Virus record (IMG/VR): IMGVR_UViG_3300035698_024751
Direction: 5' to 3' (one strand)
Length of the DNA: 33,431 nucleotides
Origin: a virus
The notes below the pieces were generated by a model that worked only from the letters and a program-made list of their open reading frames with translations, had not been told where the DNA came from and made no database searches. The translations under genes were made by a program, and so were the position numbers. Numbering within the stretch: position 1 is the stretch's first letter; each line of letters opens with the position of its first letter. Shown one piece after another: positions 11,444 to 21,231 of this stretch.

Positions 11444-12511
11444 TTAGGCGAATATTATAGACCACCTGACGGTTATCTCCACGTCACTAGTTTTCTGAAC
11501 GGGAACCGATAATATTCTATGACTAAATATCCTTAATGTGTCTCGCCAGATTCCAACTTGCCCACTTAATGGTACTTGGTTTGAATCGGTAGGCACCCTA
11601 TCCAAAACAAGATCCCTGCCGCCGACAGCTTTAGACAACACGAGATAATAAGGAGAGAGCTGATCAAGATCGTGCAGGCTGGTTACTTGATCTCCAGCCG
11701 CAGAGATCCGGATTTGATCGCCTTCTTTAATCAGGTCAACTTGAGTTTCAGATGAGTCTATGCTAACCGATGCAGCACCAGATGCAGTAGCGAGCAATGC
11801 GCCTCCACTGGTTGAGCTGGTTGAGCCCTCTAGAAAAAGCTCTCTTGGGGTATAGTTACACGCCGAAGTTAGATCGATTGTCTTTCCAGCAGCTAATGCA
11901 ACCTCCGTGATAGTGAAATAATCGCTGTTAGTAACAGCCATGCCGTTATATTCTTCAAGCTGTAAAGTCGTCTCAAACATAGCCAAGTTATCCATTGCTC
12001 TAACATCAGATTGCAAGTAAGGAACTCCAGCTGGTTGATAAGACGACTCAAAGTTAACTGACTCTATTTTCTTAAGTGGTCTAGACGGTTCATAAATTGG
12101 AATCGCATTAATAAGTCCGCCACTATAATCGGCACCAACATCCAAAGTAATAGGTATGTACGATTGCGTAATAGGGTCGTATGTATAATATCTGACATCG
12201 TTAAAATTCAACGGAACATAATTTGCATCAAAAGATGCACCAAACAGTATGTACTTGACGCCCCAATCTTCATTGGGGTCGACGTTGGAATCTACCCAAG
12301 CACCGGTGCCGCTACCTGAACTTGGTGCCCATACTTTACTAAACGCCATCCGCTTGGCGAGTATTTCTTTGGCGAATATCTTAATGATATTGTGATCGAC
12401 GATGGTATCAAGCACATTACCATGCTTATCCTTAATGATAAATTCAAGGACACCCTTGAAATTTTCTCCACCGTATTTATCTGGTAGACTAACTAGCCTA
12501 TTCATAGTCAC
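11444..12511 (-). CDS. Hypothetical protein (355 aa)
   Basis: ORF with SD TGGAGTGACTATG. 4-nt overlap with the upstream gene. Confidence 0.7.
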   Translation of the reverse strand: MTMNRLVSLPDKYGGENFKGVLEFIIKDKHGNVLDTIVDHNIIKIFAKEILAKRMAFSKVWAPSSGSGTGAWVDSNVDPNEDWGVKYILFGASFDANYVPLNFNDVRYYTYDPITQSYIPITLDVGADYSGGLINAIPIYEPSRPLKKIESVNFESSYQPAGVPYLQSDVRAMDNLAMFETTLQLEEYNGMAVTNSDYFTITEVALAAGKTIDLTSACNYTPRELFLEGSTSSTSGGALLATASGAASVSIDSSETQVDLIKEGDQIRISAAGDQVTSLHDLDQLSPYYLVLSKAVGGRDLVLDRVPTDSNQVPLSGQVGIWRDTLRIFSHRILSVPVQKTSDVEITVRWSIIFA

Positions 12512-13011
12512 TCCAATTGAGAGAGCCGCGCATCTATATTTTCAATGATTCTTGGCTTCTTTCCCTTTTTACCCTTTTTGCCCTTGCCATACCCAGAAAC
12601 ACCACCAAACGACGTTGATGGCGCAAAAGAACTACGAAACGAAGATTGCTTCCGTAGGTGTTTGCGAGTGGAATACTTGTATTGATCTTCACTTAGCGAG
12701 ATATCAGCAATATCGACAATCACAACGTGTTCCGCATTCTGCTCAACAGCACCACGCAAGCGACTATAGCCATCAAGAAGCAGTCCGTGCGGGTAGTTGT
12801 TTGGGTCATGTGATGAGTCAACAACAATAGGAGGCTGTTCATATTGTCTGACATTCTGCATATGCGGCAGATGCTTGTGAGATTCATAAAGTGGAGTGGT
12901 CGATACTGTTTTCACTGGTATATCAAAATCTTCTGGGATTGTAGCACCCCTTCGTTCGAGTTCACGAGCGATAATTTCCTGTTGATCTTGTGGTAGTTCA
13001 CTAAATCTCAT
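12508..13011 (-). CDS. ParB/Srx-like nuclease-domain protein (167 aa) with a C-terminal poly-Lys/Gly tail (GKGKKGKKGKK)
   Basis: Motif PHGLLLDGYSRLRGA resembles the DGxHRxxA core of the ParB-like nuclease (ParBc) domain. Assigned from memory, not searched. Confidence 0.5.
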   Translation of the reverse strand: MRFSELPQDQQEIIARELERRGATIPEDFDIPVKTVSTTPLYESHKHLPHMQNVRQYEQPPIVVDSSHDPNNYPHGLLLDGYSRLRGAVEQNAEHVVIVDIADISLSEDQYKYSTRKHLRKQSSFRSSFAPSTSFGGVSGYGKGKKGKKGKKPRIIENIDARLSQLE

Positions 13012-13446
13012 CTACAGCTCACCTGCCTCTGTTGTTGCGATTTCTGCCGCTGCTGCTGCCGCCTCTGTTGCTTCTGTATCTGCTCTCTTCACCTCTGTTT
13101 CCGCTTCGGGTACTGCTTCCGTTTCTGCTTCCATTTTTGCTATCCCTGCTGCGGCTTTTGCTTTTAGTTCATCAATAAGCGGCGCTAGAGCAGCGGTAGT
13201 GACATTTCGCATATTCGGTAGATAACTGCTCGCTTTGCTATTTAATAGTCCTTCTATCCCAGGGGCGGCCAATATTTTTTCAAAAAAGAAATAAGGCCCC
13301 TCTTTGCTGGAAAGTTCCGACAATACGGCTACCGCAAGTTTATCAAATCCCGGAGGTTTTTTTATTGCTTCAACTGTATCTTCTTCGTCTTCGTAGACCA
13401 CAGCTTCAACAATAATCTTGCTTAGCTTCTTCTCAAAATCGCTCAT
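13012..13446 (-). CDS. Acidic Ala/Glu/Thr-rich protein (144 aa)
   Basis: ORF abutting the previous gene (stop 13012 / start 13011). Confidence 0.6.
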   Translation of the reverse strand: MSDFEKKLSKIIVEAVVYEDEEDTVEAIKKPPGFDKLAVAVLSELSSKEGPYFFFEKILAAPGIEGLLNSKASSYLPNMRNVTTAALAPLIDELKAKAAAGIAKMEAETEAVPEAETEVKRADTEATEAAAAAAEIATTEAGEL

Positions 13447-13454
13447 GTCCTCTC

Positions 13455-13880
13455 CTATTTGCTCAACGTCTTATAATAATGTTCGAAATATCCGCAGATC
13501 GATTCGGCCAATTGCTTTGGGTCGGTGTTCAAACCCAAGTGTTCTCCGTATTGTCTTCTAAATCGCCTGCCTCCCTGCGTGGGAGACACGTCCCATGTCC
13601 ATCTCTCCAAATCTGGTTTTAGTATGATGTCACGAGATCGATAGCTAAATCTGCACGTGCCTTTATCTAATTGTATGGTCAAGTTTGGTTGTATAACTCG
13701 CACTTCGCGGCAGAGAGAGCTTAAAAGACCCCACACTTTCTGATCGAGCATTTCCTGAAGTGTGTCGATTTCTTTTTTGTGGCCATCGATCTGTTTGAGT
13801 AGTTGGGTAATCTCTTCAACATTATATGAAAGATCGCCAATCCCCAACTTTTGTGTTAATCTATTGTCGAATTCAGTCAT
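13455..13880 (-). CDS. Hypothetical protein (141 aa)
   Basis: ORF with consistent spacing. Confidence 0.6.
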   Translation of the reverse strand: MTEFDNRLTQKLGIGDLSYNVEEITQLLKQIDGHKKEIDTLQEMLDQKVWGLLSSLCREVRVIQPNLTIQLDKGTCRFSYRSRDIILKPDLERWTWDVSPTQGGRRFRRQYGEHLGLNTDPKQLAESICGYFEHYYKTLSK

Positions 13881-13888
13881 ATTAATCC

Positions 13889-16396
13889 CTATGAACTGGA
13901 CAATTCAAGCTGTCCGTAAGTATATTCACTGAACCCCTTCACTTGATCTCTGATTTCAATTTCCCTGATTGAAGAACCAGGCCAGAGTCGTAAAGCAACT
14001 TTCCCAACTTCCACATTAGGTACAACTGGGAAGTAAGGCGTATTGACAGCCACACCTGTTGGCAAAGCTGCAGAAAGAGTAGTATCAGGAGGTACTAATA
14101 GTCCATTCCACCATACCCAAAGCTGGCCGTCTTTCAACATGACTTCAAGTACATTCCATTGCTCTGTCGTGCCACCTATTGGCGGACAAAGCGATCCACC
14201 AGTATAGCATCTGAAATCTGCGGGGTCAGATGTTACAACATCGTCAGGACAGTCAGCAAACCCATCTTGAGTGTATATTTTGCTAACAGAAAATGCACCG
14301 GGCCTAAACCCTCGAACGAAGTCGTCTGTCCTAGTAGTTGGCAAGTTAAGTTCGTATGGCTCAGCCATATCCAACAAACCAGCCCTAAACTGGAGTTGAA
14401 CTGCTTCGGCCCCAGTAGTGTCGTTGACAGAGAACTCGGTTCTGAGGCAAATTCCATCGTATTCAGCATGACAAAGGTGAGTCACTGTTGTGTCAGTTGG
14501 AATCCATACGCCATCAGTAGTCAGACCACCCGTATCAAATGGGAATGCAACTGGGCCTATTAGACCCAGGTTAGATTGGAATGCAGATCCACCAAGTGGA
14601 GCAAAGGCAGCTTTATTGAAGTAAGTCCAAGTAACATTTCTGTTGTCGCCCGTTAATATCCTCAAACTTCCAGATGGTGGTAAATCACCCCACTGAACAC
14701 CATCCACAAAGACGCAATGTTGGCCCGTGAAAGGACCTTCACTTAATTGGAACCCCGCAGCCATTCGTACATAAACGTCGTCATAACTATCAGTTGGCGC
14801 ACCGATAAGAACGTCCATTGGCGGGAATTCGCTATCCAGCGGTTGCCCTAGAAGAATTTTCGCATAAACATTCTTGTGATTGGCGCGGTGCCAGACATAG
14901 ATGGGTCTCTCAAACGTGGGCGGCTCCCCAGTAGACCCAGTGATTGTCTCTAAGACTCTAAGGCCTGGAAGACCGTAGTCGATGTCCGCAACAAATTGGT
15001 TGTTAATAGCCACAGCAGATGGCTGTCCTCCAGCCCCATCCCAAATAAACATTCTGTCTTCAAACGTGGTTATGCCCCACATGGTTCTCTCAAACAACCT
15101 AGTATCAGCCACATCGACTATATGACTGGTTAGATCTTCAGTTTCCGTGCTTGCTTCAATCTCCTCGCGCTCAATTAACAAATCACCAAACCTAATCATC
15201 CCACTCAGCGACCAAAGATGATTAGCGTTGACGTTTGGTTTGCAGTTAAAGTATCGTCTCCAGATCCTTGTTTCATTCTGCTCGCCGATGGTGAATTCCC
15301 ACAGTTGTATCAAAGTCCCAAGCCCGAGTATGTCACGAGTGATATCTAAGGTCAACGATTTTGGACTAGTGGGATCTGTAGTTGTGTTCTCTGCGTTCTC
15401 GTAATTCCAAATGTTTGTGGCGGTAAACTCTTCGCCCATCGGGGCGGCGTTTAAAATGTCCCAATACTTGATTTTATACTGATTGGTAGCAAGAACCGTG
15501 CTCGCATAATTAGTTACAACGCCCATGCGCCTTGTTAGTGTATGGCCTTTATAAAGCAACGCTCCCAACATTCCCGCTGGTGACTCGGGCAACAATTCAA
15601 ACGAGACTCGATTGCCTATGTCGTCATTCCCCATGTACCATGTGCATTCGGGAATACCCAAAGGCCCAGGCGTCATATGCCACCCAACCTTAGAGGTGAG
15701 ATTTGTGTCTCGAACCAGAACCATATCAAATTCTGCTTGGCCTGGTTGAATAGAATCGTCATAGCGCTTGAATATGAGCGTTGGGTAATTTCCCTTGGTG
15801 TCGAACGTGCCGCTAGGAACAGCAGGGTCAAAAATTGTGGATTCTGGTAGAAGATATATTTTCATCTCACCATAAATATTAGTCCCAGGCATCTTCCCTG
15901 CACAGGATGGTGGCCTGACAGCTGCGGTATCGCTTTCATCGATAAGCCAATAAATCGACGCGCATTCCTCAAGATTGCAATTCATCGGTAGAGGATTATC
16001 TACAGTAAAACGAATTGTATTGCCGATTCGCTCGAGCGATATGAATTCACTGCCCGCCGCTAAAATAATGTCGCCAGATAGCCACCCTCCATCATCGGGA
16101 AACCCGGCACCTTGAAATCCAAGGATTCCTAATCTCATTTGCAATAAAGCATCCAACTTTGCCTTGTCATCGGCGCTTTCATGGCCTTGCAAATCAGGTG
16201 TGGCCACTGGAACCAAATCGGAAGAAACATGACTCATTCCATGCGATGTAGGTATGATAACCTGTGTGTCGCGCCCATAGAATGCCCCAGTTTCAGCGTC
16301 GTAGAAGAAACCAACCTTTAGGTCATCTGGGCCTTCGATTTCAACATATTGCCTATCGACTACTTGGTTCTTTCTAGGGAGTTTATATAGAGTCAT
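13889..16396 (-). CDS. Large hypothetical protein (835 aa), probably structural
   Basis: 2.5-kb uninterrupted ORF. Confidence 0.8.
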   Translation of the reverse strand: MTLYKLPRKNQVVDRQYVEIEGPDDLKVGFFYDAETGAFYGRDTQVIIPTSHGMSHVSSDLVPVATPDLQGHESADDKAKLDALLQMRLGILGFQGAGFPDDGGWLSGDIILAAGSEFISLERIGNTIRFTVDNPLPMNCNLEECASIYWLIDESDTAAVRPPSCAGKMPGTNIYGEMKIYLLPESTIFDPAVPSGTFDTKGNYPTLIFKRYDDSIQPGQAEFDMVLVRDTNLTSKVGWHMTPGPLGIPECTWYMGNDDIGNRVSFELLPESPAGMLGALLYKGHTLTRRMGVVTNYASTVLATNQYKIKYWDILNAAPMGEEFTATNIWNYENAENTTTDPTSPKSLTLDITRDILGLGTLIQLWEFTIGEQNETRIWRRYFNCKPNVNANHLWSLSGMIRFGDLLIEREEIEASTETEDLTSHIVDVADTRLFERTMWGITTFEDRMFIWDGAGGQPSAVAINNQFVADIDYGLPGLRVLETITGSTGEPPTFERPIYVWHRANHKNVYAKILLGQPLDSEFPPMDVLIGAPTDSYDDVYVRMAAGFQLSEGPFTGQHCVFVDGVQWGDLPPSGSLRILTGDNRNVTWTYFNKAAFAPLGGSAFQSNLGLIGPVAFPFDTGGLTTDGVWIPTDTTVTHLCHAEYDGICLRTEFSVNDTTGAEAVQLQFRAGLLDMAEPYELNLPTTRTDDFVRGFRPGAFSVSKIYTQDGFADCPDDVVTSDPADFRCYTGGSLCPPIGGTTEQWNVLEVMLKDGQLWVWWNGLLVPPDTTLSAALPTGVAVNTPYFPVVPNVEVGKVALRLWPGSSIREIEIRDQVKGFSEYTYGQLELSSS

Positions 16397-16406
16397 TTAT
16401 TCTTCC

Positions 16407-16637
16407 TTATATGAGCTTCATTCTTTCCCAAAACGGTATAGGATCGATGCCAGTTATTTTCTTGTACAATCGATTTTCCCTAGTGTTGTAGTAATACGAA
16501 TCTCTAAACGTTCTGGCATCCGGCTCTCGCGCCCACAATTCTACCAATTTGCCGCCCACCAGTTCTACAAAATTGACCGCATTGCCCCCGTTAGAGTAAA
16601 CTCCCCTGATGCTTAGAATTTCTTCGCCAACTGTCAT
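16407..16637 (-). CDS. Hypothetical small protein (76 aa)
   Basis: ORF. ATGA overlap with the upstream 78-aa ORF. Confidence 0.5.
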   Translation of the reverse strand: MTVGEEILSIRGVYSNGGNAVNFVELVGGKLVELWAREPDARTFRDSYYYNTRENRLYKKITGIDPIPFWERMKLI

Positions 16638-16870
16638 TGCGCAATTGCCCTAATCAGTTCAAACCAATCCTCTGGATATCCTTCGTTCGTGTCAAATGCT
16701 GGCAATAGTATATATTCATACTTAGTGGATTTAGTATCTACATTTACCAGTGTCGATCCAGGGACAATATTAAGCACATCGATAACGCTTGCACGCAACA
16801 AATTTTGGCGATCAGGGACCGACACAAAATCATTGATGATAGGCAACTTTCTAGATATTTCAATATTCAT
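16634..16870 (-). CDS. Hypothetical small protein (78 aa)
   Basis: SD AAGGAGGCCACATG. Confidence 0.55.
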   Translation of the reverse strand: MNIEISRKLPIINDFVSVPDRQNLLRASVIDVLNIVPGSTLVNVDTKSTKYEYILLPAFDTNEGYPEDWFELIRAIAQ

Positions 16871-16937
16871 GTGGCCTCCTTTACTATGTATTTTTGAGCG
16901 GTTGAATCCGAAGAAATTTAAGGGTAGATTCTATTCT

Positions 16938-18044
16938 TCAATAGACCAGAATCCTATCGAGAGTCCTAGGCCTAGTCACAAACGGCACCCTAAAATACCC
17001 ATACGCATCGATAGGCGCCATAAACTTCGATAAAATTATCGCATCTTTCCATCCCACCATTAAAAGCGCACGCTTTCCTAAATTCCTGTACATCATTAAT
17101 CTTTTCTTGGACTCTTCAATACTAAGAGGCATTGTAGCACTTAACATGACAACATCGCATGGCTGCGTGCTAGCAAAAACGCGAGCACCAAGATAATCTG
17201 CGAGGTCCTGCATAGATTTGCTGATGATAGGCGCATGGTATTCAGCCCCCAAAAGATGAGCCGCTATCATTTTAGAAGCAAAATCTTCGGCTAACTCCAC
17301 ATCGTATATTGACTTGACATTCCCAAATATATCCTTAATAATCTCAAAATAGAAAAACGGACTAATATACGAAGGATGAAAACTTCTGTTCTGTCTAATC
17401 GACTTTAATAAATTGAATCTTGTTAAATTGTGGCCGGAGTTTAATATGCTGTCCATGCCACGTCTGAGTATGCGTTTGTTCTGCCAGGCCTCAGTCAATT
17501 GTTGATCTGCTCTCTCATAGAGATCAGGAAAGAAATGCTCGGTTAGGACACGTCCTGGCATGCAGGCTGACCCAAAAGATATAAATGCGTTATAGTAGGT
17601 CTTAGCCATTCGGTGTCGTGGTTTGATAGTTTGGATACGTTCTTTGTCTTTGGCAAGCTTTTCTTCAGAAAATTTGTATTCGAGCCATCCTTCCTCGAGC
17701 AACTGGAGGATTAGTTCATGCACTTTACATCTGATATCACAAAATCCACTAACAGCCAAATCGCGTTGTCGCACCATAAAGTGTGGTTGTATCAACCTGT
17801 CTCGTTCTTTGTCGAAAGGCAGACTTTCGAACTCTTTCAAGACAGGAATTGGGTTGCCAAATAATTGTGGTAGCTGCGGCAATTTTAGCTGGTAGTAATT
17901 CCTGCGTCGCCCGCCGAAATCCCATCGTTCTACTAAGCCGCTCTTGAAATATACGGTAATCGCTTTCTGACCAACGGCGATATCACCAATAATATCGGCT
18001 TTGGCAACCTTATTCCCGATTAATTTAGCTGTTAATTTATCCAA
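16938..18044 (-). CDS. Hypothetical protein (368 aa)
   Basis: Long ORF. Its start overlaps the stop of the HTH gene. Confidence 0.7.
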   Translation of the reverse strand: MDKLTAKLIGNKVAKADIIGDIAVGQKAITVYFKSGLVERWDFGGRRRNYYQLKLPQLPQLFGNPIPVLKEFESLPFDKERDRLIQPHFMVRQRDLAVSGFCDIRCKVHELILQLLEEGWLEYKFSEEKLAKDKERIQTIKPRHRMAKTYYNAFISFGSACMPGRVLTEHFFPDLYERADQQLTEAWQNKRILRRGMDSILNSGHNLTRFNLLKSIRQNRSFHPSYISPFFYFEIIKDIFGNVKSIYDVELAEDFASKMIAAHLLGAEYHAPIISKSMQDLADYLGARVFASTQPCDVVMLSATMPLSIEESKKRLMMYRNLGKRALLMVGWKDAIILSKFMAPIDAYGYFRVPFVTRPRTLDRILVY

Positions 18045-18411
18045 GGCTTGGCCTGGGTGTTATGTTGTATTTCTTAAGTCTTTTCTCTACTATTCGAATT
18101 GGCCTGTCAATCATCTTAGCCAACGTTACAATACCTTTTTTGCGATTGATGTACATTTCCTTGAACCACTCCTGGTTATCCCAGTCTTCACTTACTTTCT
18201 CCACGTTGCTATATGTGGCCCGTTTCCATTCCTTGCCCGCAAATTTATATTTCCAATACCAGATAGTGCTCAAGCTTTTCTTAAGTAGCGTTGCTAGTTC
18301 TCCGTTGGTAAGAAAATCATAATCTTTAAAGAATTTCTTTAGAGACTCCGGATCCTCAGTGTTTACGATTGCGGGATCTATTAGATCAAATTCGACGCCT
18401 TCTATTTTCAT
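18037..18411 (-). CDS. Small helix-turn-helix-like DNA-binding protein (124 aa)
   Basis: Segments GELATLLKKSLSTIWYW and KKGIVTLAKMIDRPIRIVEKRLKK look HTH-like. A purine-rich tract (AAGAGGAAGAGAA) immediately upstream serves as the SD. Confidence 0.55.
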   Translation of the reverse strand: MKIEGVEFDLIDPAIVNTEDPESLKKFFKDYDFLTNGELATLLKKSLSTIWYWKYKFAGKEWKRATYSNVEKVSEDWDNQEWFKEMYINRKKGIVTLAKMIDRPIRIVEKRLKKYNITPRPSLG

Positions 18412-18680
18412 TTCTCTTCCTCTTTCTCTTTCTCTTTCTTCTCTCTAAACATTCGTTCGGCACTGGCATTTCGCATTTTGGATACGTTGTAGGATCTATA
18501 TATCTTCTCTGATCCTCTGATTTTCCTGAGGAACAGCAGAACCCTGTCTCTACCAGATTCTTTATAAATTCCTTCAAGTAGTGGTTTATGAGTCTTAAGT
18601 TGTCTTTCTATATGATTATTTATCTTTATGCAGGCGCATAATGGGTTGCCCGTAGAGTCCTTGACATACTTATCAATCAT
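18408..18680 (-). CDS. Hypothetical small protein (90 aa) with a C-terminal KEKEKEEEK tail encoded by the CT microsatellite
   Basis: ATGA overlap with the downstream gene. Preferred over the alternative frame 18386..18577. Confidence 0.5.
   Translation of the reverse strand: MIDKYVKDSTGNPLCACIKINNHIERQLKTHKPLLEGIYKESGRDRVLLFLRKIRGSEKIYRSYNVSKMRNASAERMFREKKEKEKEEEK
18411..18447. repeat. CT-rich hexanucleotide microsatellite (ctcttt)n
   Basis: Direct reading tttctcttcctctttctctttctctttcttctctct. Confidence 0.8.
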
Positions 18681-18813
18681 GACGACGCGCCTTTTCTTGC
18701 CATCGTCATATCTAAATTCTAAGATCCAAATATCTTCTACGTTCGGAAGTTTTCTGATTAAATTTCTAGCTGCGGAAGGATTGATGGCGACTTACTCCAA
18801 TAGGATCTTTCTC

Positions 18814-19173
18814 CTATTTTTGAGCCGCCACTTCCTTCTTGGGGTAAGAAAAAGCTAGATCGTTGGTGGTGATCTCGTCGATGGGGTCGTATTTGAGCAT
18901 AAACCGAGGAAATTCCACAAGTGCCTTGTTATTCGAATTTACGAATTCGAAAATAACCTCTAATAAATCTGGGTCCGCAAGATTTACACTTCCGTCTACG
19001 TACCCATCAAATGCCAAAGAATATTCTCTACCATTTTCAAACCTAAGTGACCCAAGGTATGTCTTCTTAGCATTGTAAAAGTGGGCCGCATCCTCAGTGG
19101 TCCTATAAGATATAGAGAATTTGCGCTTGATTCTCTTGGCCAGATCTTTTAATATAAGCTTTTTGAGTTCCAC
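18814..19173 (-). CDS. Hypothetical protein (119 aa), probable GTG start
   Basis: ORF. The codon at 19171-19173 is GTG with GGAG 6 nt upstream. Confidence 0.5.
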   Translation of the reverse strand: MELKKLILKDLAKRIKRKFSISYRTTEDAAHFYNAKKTYLGSLRFENGREYSLAFDGYVDGSVNLADPDLLEVIFEFVNSNNKALVEFPRFMLKYDPIDEITTNDLAFSYPKKEVAAQK

Positions 19174-20171
19174 AACATCTCCATGATAGCATCAAATGAT
19201 TCATGCTCGAGCGATTCAAACACTCCGCCTGCTTCCTTTACAGGCTTGCCCTGCGCAAAATCTGTGATATCATCAATCCTAAAATCTCTTCTAAAGAAGA
19301 TGCCTTGCTTAGTGCTTTGAATGTATTTTCTGAAGTTCAGTTTCCCACTTTTGCCAGCAAGTTCGGGGTCAATCATGAAGTTCCTGACTGCGTCGTCCCA
19401 TGCCATTGTTACATCTCTGCCGCTCATCGGGATCCTTATTTGATCTCGCAAGATATAGAAACCTTTGGCAACGTCAGGGGAAAATAACATCACCGCCTTT
19501 TGATACTTGCCCGACTTCGACTTTAAGACTATATAATTCTGAAATTTTGGTAAATTTCCCACTTCTGAGGAATCCACCAACCCCTGGTCTTCTAACTCGC
19601 CGATCTTCTCTCTAAGCTCTATCAACCACCGGCTAGCTTCGCCACCACCTTCCCGCTCTCCAGCTACCGGAAGTTGAATCGCCTGCCTAATTTTTACCGG
19701 CAGCGGCATGTAGAGCAATTTCGAGACAGGTATGTCGCCCATGTTTTGTTGAGTAACTTTAGTAACGGCTATGCTACCTACTTGCTGGTCTCGTACGGCT
19801 CTCTCTCCCTCGCTGGCGATACTCCACGGCAAAACCTGGCTAACATTGCGATTAAACCAAGCAGGTCTACCATGAATTTCTAGTTCTCCAGTTAGACTAG
19901 TTAACCAACTTATAGCGGTCCACACTCTGCTGCCGTCCCGCTCAGCTGCCTTGCCATAAAGAAATAACGGCAAATAGATGCTAGCTCCCCCTATCCGCTC
20001 GACGATAGATTGGTTAATTCGGGTTGTTTCTCTAAGTTGGTCTTGATTTATGGTAATGGCTTTCTCTTTACCAAAGGTATCCTTAGTTTCCCAGTCTTTT
20101 GGAGATATGTTTAACGTATAAGTCTCCGCAAGCAGATTCTCAAAAACTGTGTCTAACCGTTTGCTCAGCAT
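19149..20171 (-). CDS. Hypothetical protein (340 aa)
   Basis: Long ORF upstream of the adenosine deaminase gene. Confidence 0.7.
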   Translation of the reverse strand: MLSKRLDTVFENLLAETYTLNISPKDWETKDTFGKEKAITINQDQLRETTRINQSIVERIGGASIYLPLFLYGKAAERDGSRVWTAISWLTSLTGELEIHGRPAWFNRNVSQVLPWSIASEGERAVRDQQVGSIAVTKVTQQNMGDIPVSKLLYMPLPVKIRQAIQLPVAGEREGGGEASRWLIELREKIGELEDQGLVDSSEVGNLPKFQNYIVLKSKSGKYQKAVMLFSPDVAKGFYILRDQIRIPMSGRDVTMAWDDAVRNFMIDPELAGKSGKLNFRKYIQSTKQGIFFRRDFRIDDITDFAQGKPVKEAGGVFESLEHESFDAIMEMLWNSKSLY

Positions 20172-20208
20172 TATTCTTCCTCCATCAAGGTGATAGATGT
20201 AACCTGCT

Positions 20209-21231
20209 TTATCTTTGAATCCTTGATGCTAGTCCGCCCTTAAGCATTCCCGACGATCTCGTCGATGGGCTACTGGCAAAGCCAAGAGCTTCAGTTACGG
20301 CATTTTCTCGTAACTTTTCTTCTTCTTGTTGAGTCAATTTCAAAACCTCTCTGGCCAGTTTATATTCCTGGTCCAGCGTGTTTTCCAATATCACTGGGTC
20401 GTCAGTGCCTATAGATATCGTACATCCATTGTCAATCATTGCTCTTGCCGGATGTGTCTCTAGATCCGGCACTACTCCTGTTTTTAAGTTCGAAGTTAAA
20501 CAGATCTCGAAAGAAACCCCATGATCATTGGCCAATTTCATAATGTCCGGATCATCTTTGACTATTTTGATTCCGTGGCCTATCCTATTCACACGCAGAA
20601 TTGTTATCGCTTCCCGAACATTAGAGGCAGCTTGCGATTCCCCAGCATGAGCCAAAACACCTTTTCCAGACAAACGCCAATATCGGCATATTGGTTTATA
20701 AAAATAAGAATCAAAGTAAGTTTCATCGCCTACCAAATCGATTCCAACCAATCTCTCTGCTATTTGCCAGGTATCAATAAGCTTGGCCATGCGCTTCTGC
20801 TCCACCTTGGGCGCTTCATATTTCAGCGACAAGACTAGCCCAATAGTTATCCCATATTTAGAGGCGTAATGATTAAACCGATCGGCCAAAAACAGCGTAG
20901 CTTCTCTCTCGTTCCACGGCAGATGATGAAGATATTTGTTAATAGAAAATCGCATCTCTGTATAGTCAATGCCCTCCGCCTTAAGAGATTTGACAATGTC
21001 CTTTATTGTCAGATCTATTGCGTCTTCGGTCCAACGAATATGGTTGAGTATCTCGAATTTGTTTAAGAACTTCTGAAAATTATATTCGCTGGTTCCCTGG
21101 AACGTCATTAACTGTTTCACCTTGTCTAGGCTGGTAGCGACGGTCTGTTGTTTATCTTTCTGGAGGATTTCCCATACGGTCCGAGTTGGGATCGAACCCC
21201 CCATATGCCTGTGGAGATCTACAACAATCAT
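20209..21231 (-). CDS. add: Adenosine deaminase (Add/ADA family, amidohydrolase fold), 340 aa
   Basis: N-terminal metal-binding HxH block VDLHRHMGGSIPTRTVWEIL (cf. E. coli Add DIHRHLDGNIRPQTILEL). HAGE block LAHAGESQAASNVREAI...RIGHGIKIV...EICLTSNL. C-terminal SIGTDDP block (cf. SINTDDP). SD AAAGGAGCACACATG. Confidence 0.85.
   Translation of the reverse strand: MIVVDLHRHMGGSIPTRTVWEILQKDKQQTVATSLDKVKQLMTFQGTSEYNFQKFLNKFEILNHIRWTEDAIDLTIKDIVKSLKAEGIDYTEMRFSINKYLHHLPWNEREATLFLADRFNHYASKYGITIGLVLSLKYEAPKVEQKRMAKLIDTWQIAERLVGIDLVGDETYFDSYFYKPICRYWRLSGKGVLAHAGESQAASNVREAITILRVNRIGHGIKIVKDDPDIMKLANDHGVSFEICLTSNLKTGVVPDLETHPARAMIDNGCTISIGTDDPVILENTLDQEYKLAREVLKLTQQEEEKLRENAVTEALGFASSPSTRSSGMLKGGLASRIQR

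Noticed and set aside
18386-18577. ORF encoding ...RKRKRKRKRNENRRRRI
   Set aside because: It is an alternative frame of the CT microsatellite region. The 18408..18680 frame is preferred because its start gives the ATGA overlap with the downstream gene, although this choice is not certain.
18799-18821. AT-rich hairpin plus T-run (aataggatctttctcctattttt) resembling a plus-strand intrinsic terminator
   Set aside because: No plus-strand genes exist to terminate, and the stem is weak (A/T-rich, 7 bp). On the minus strand it is preceded, not followed, by the U-run.
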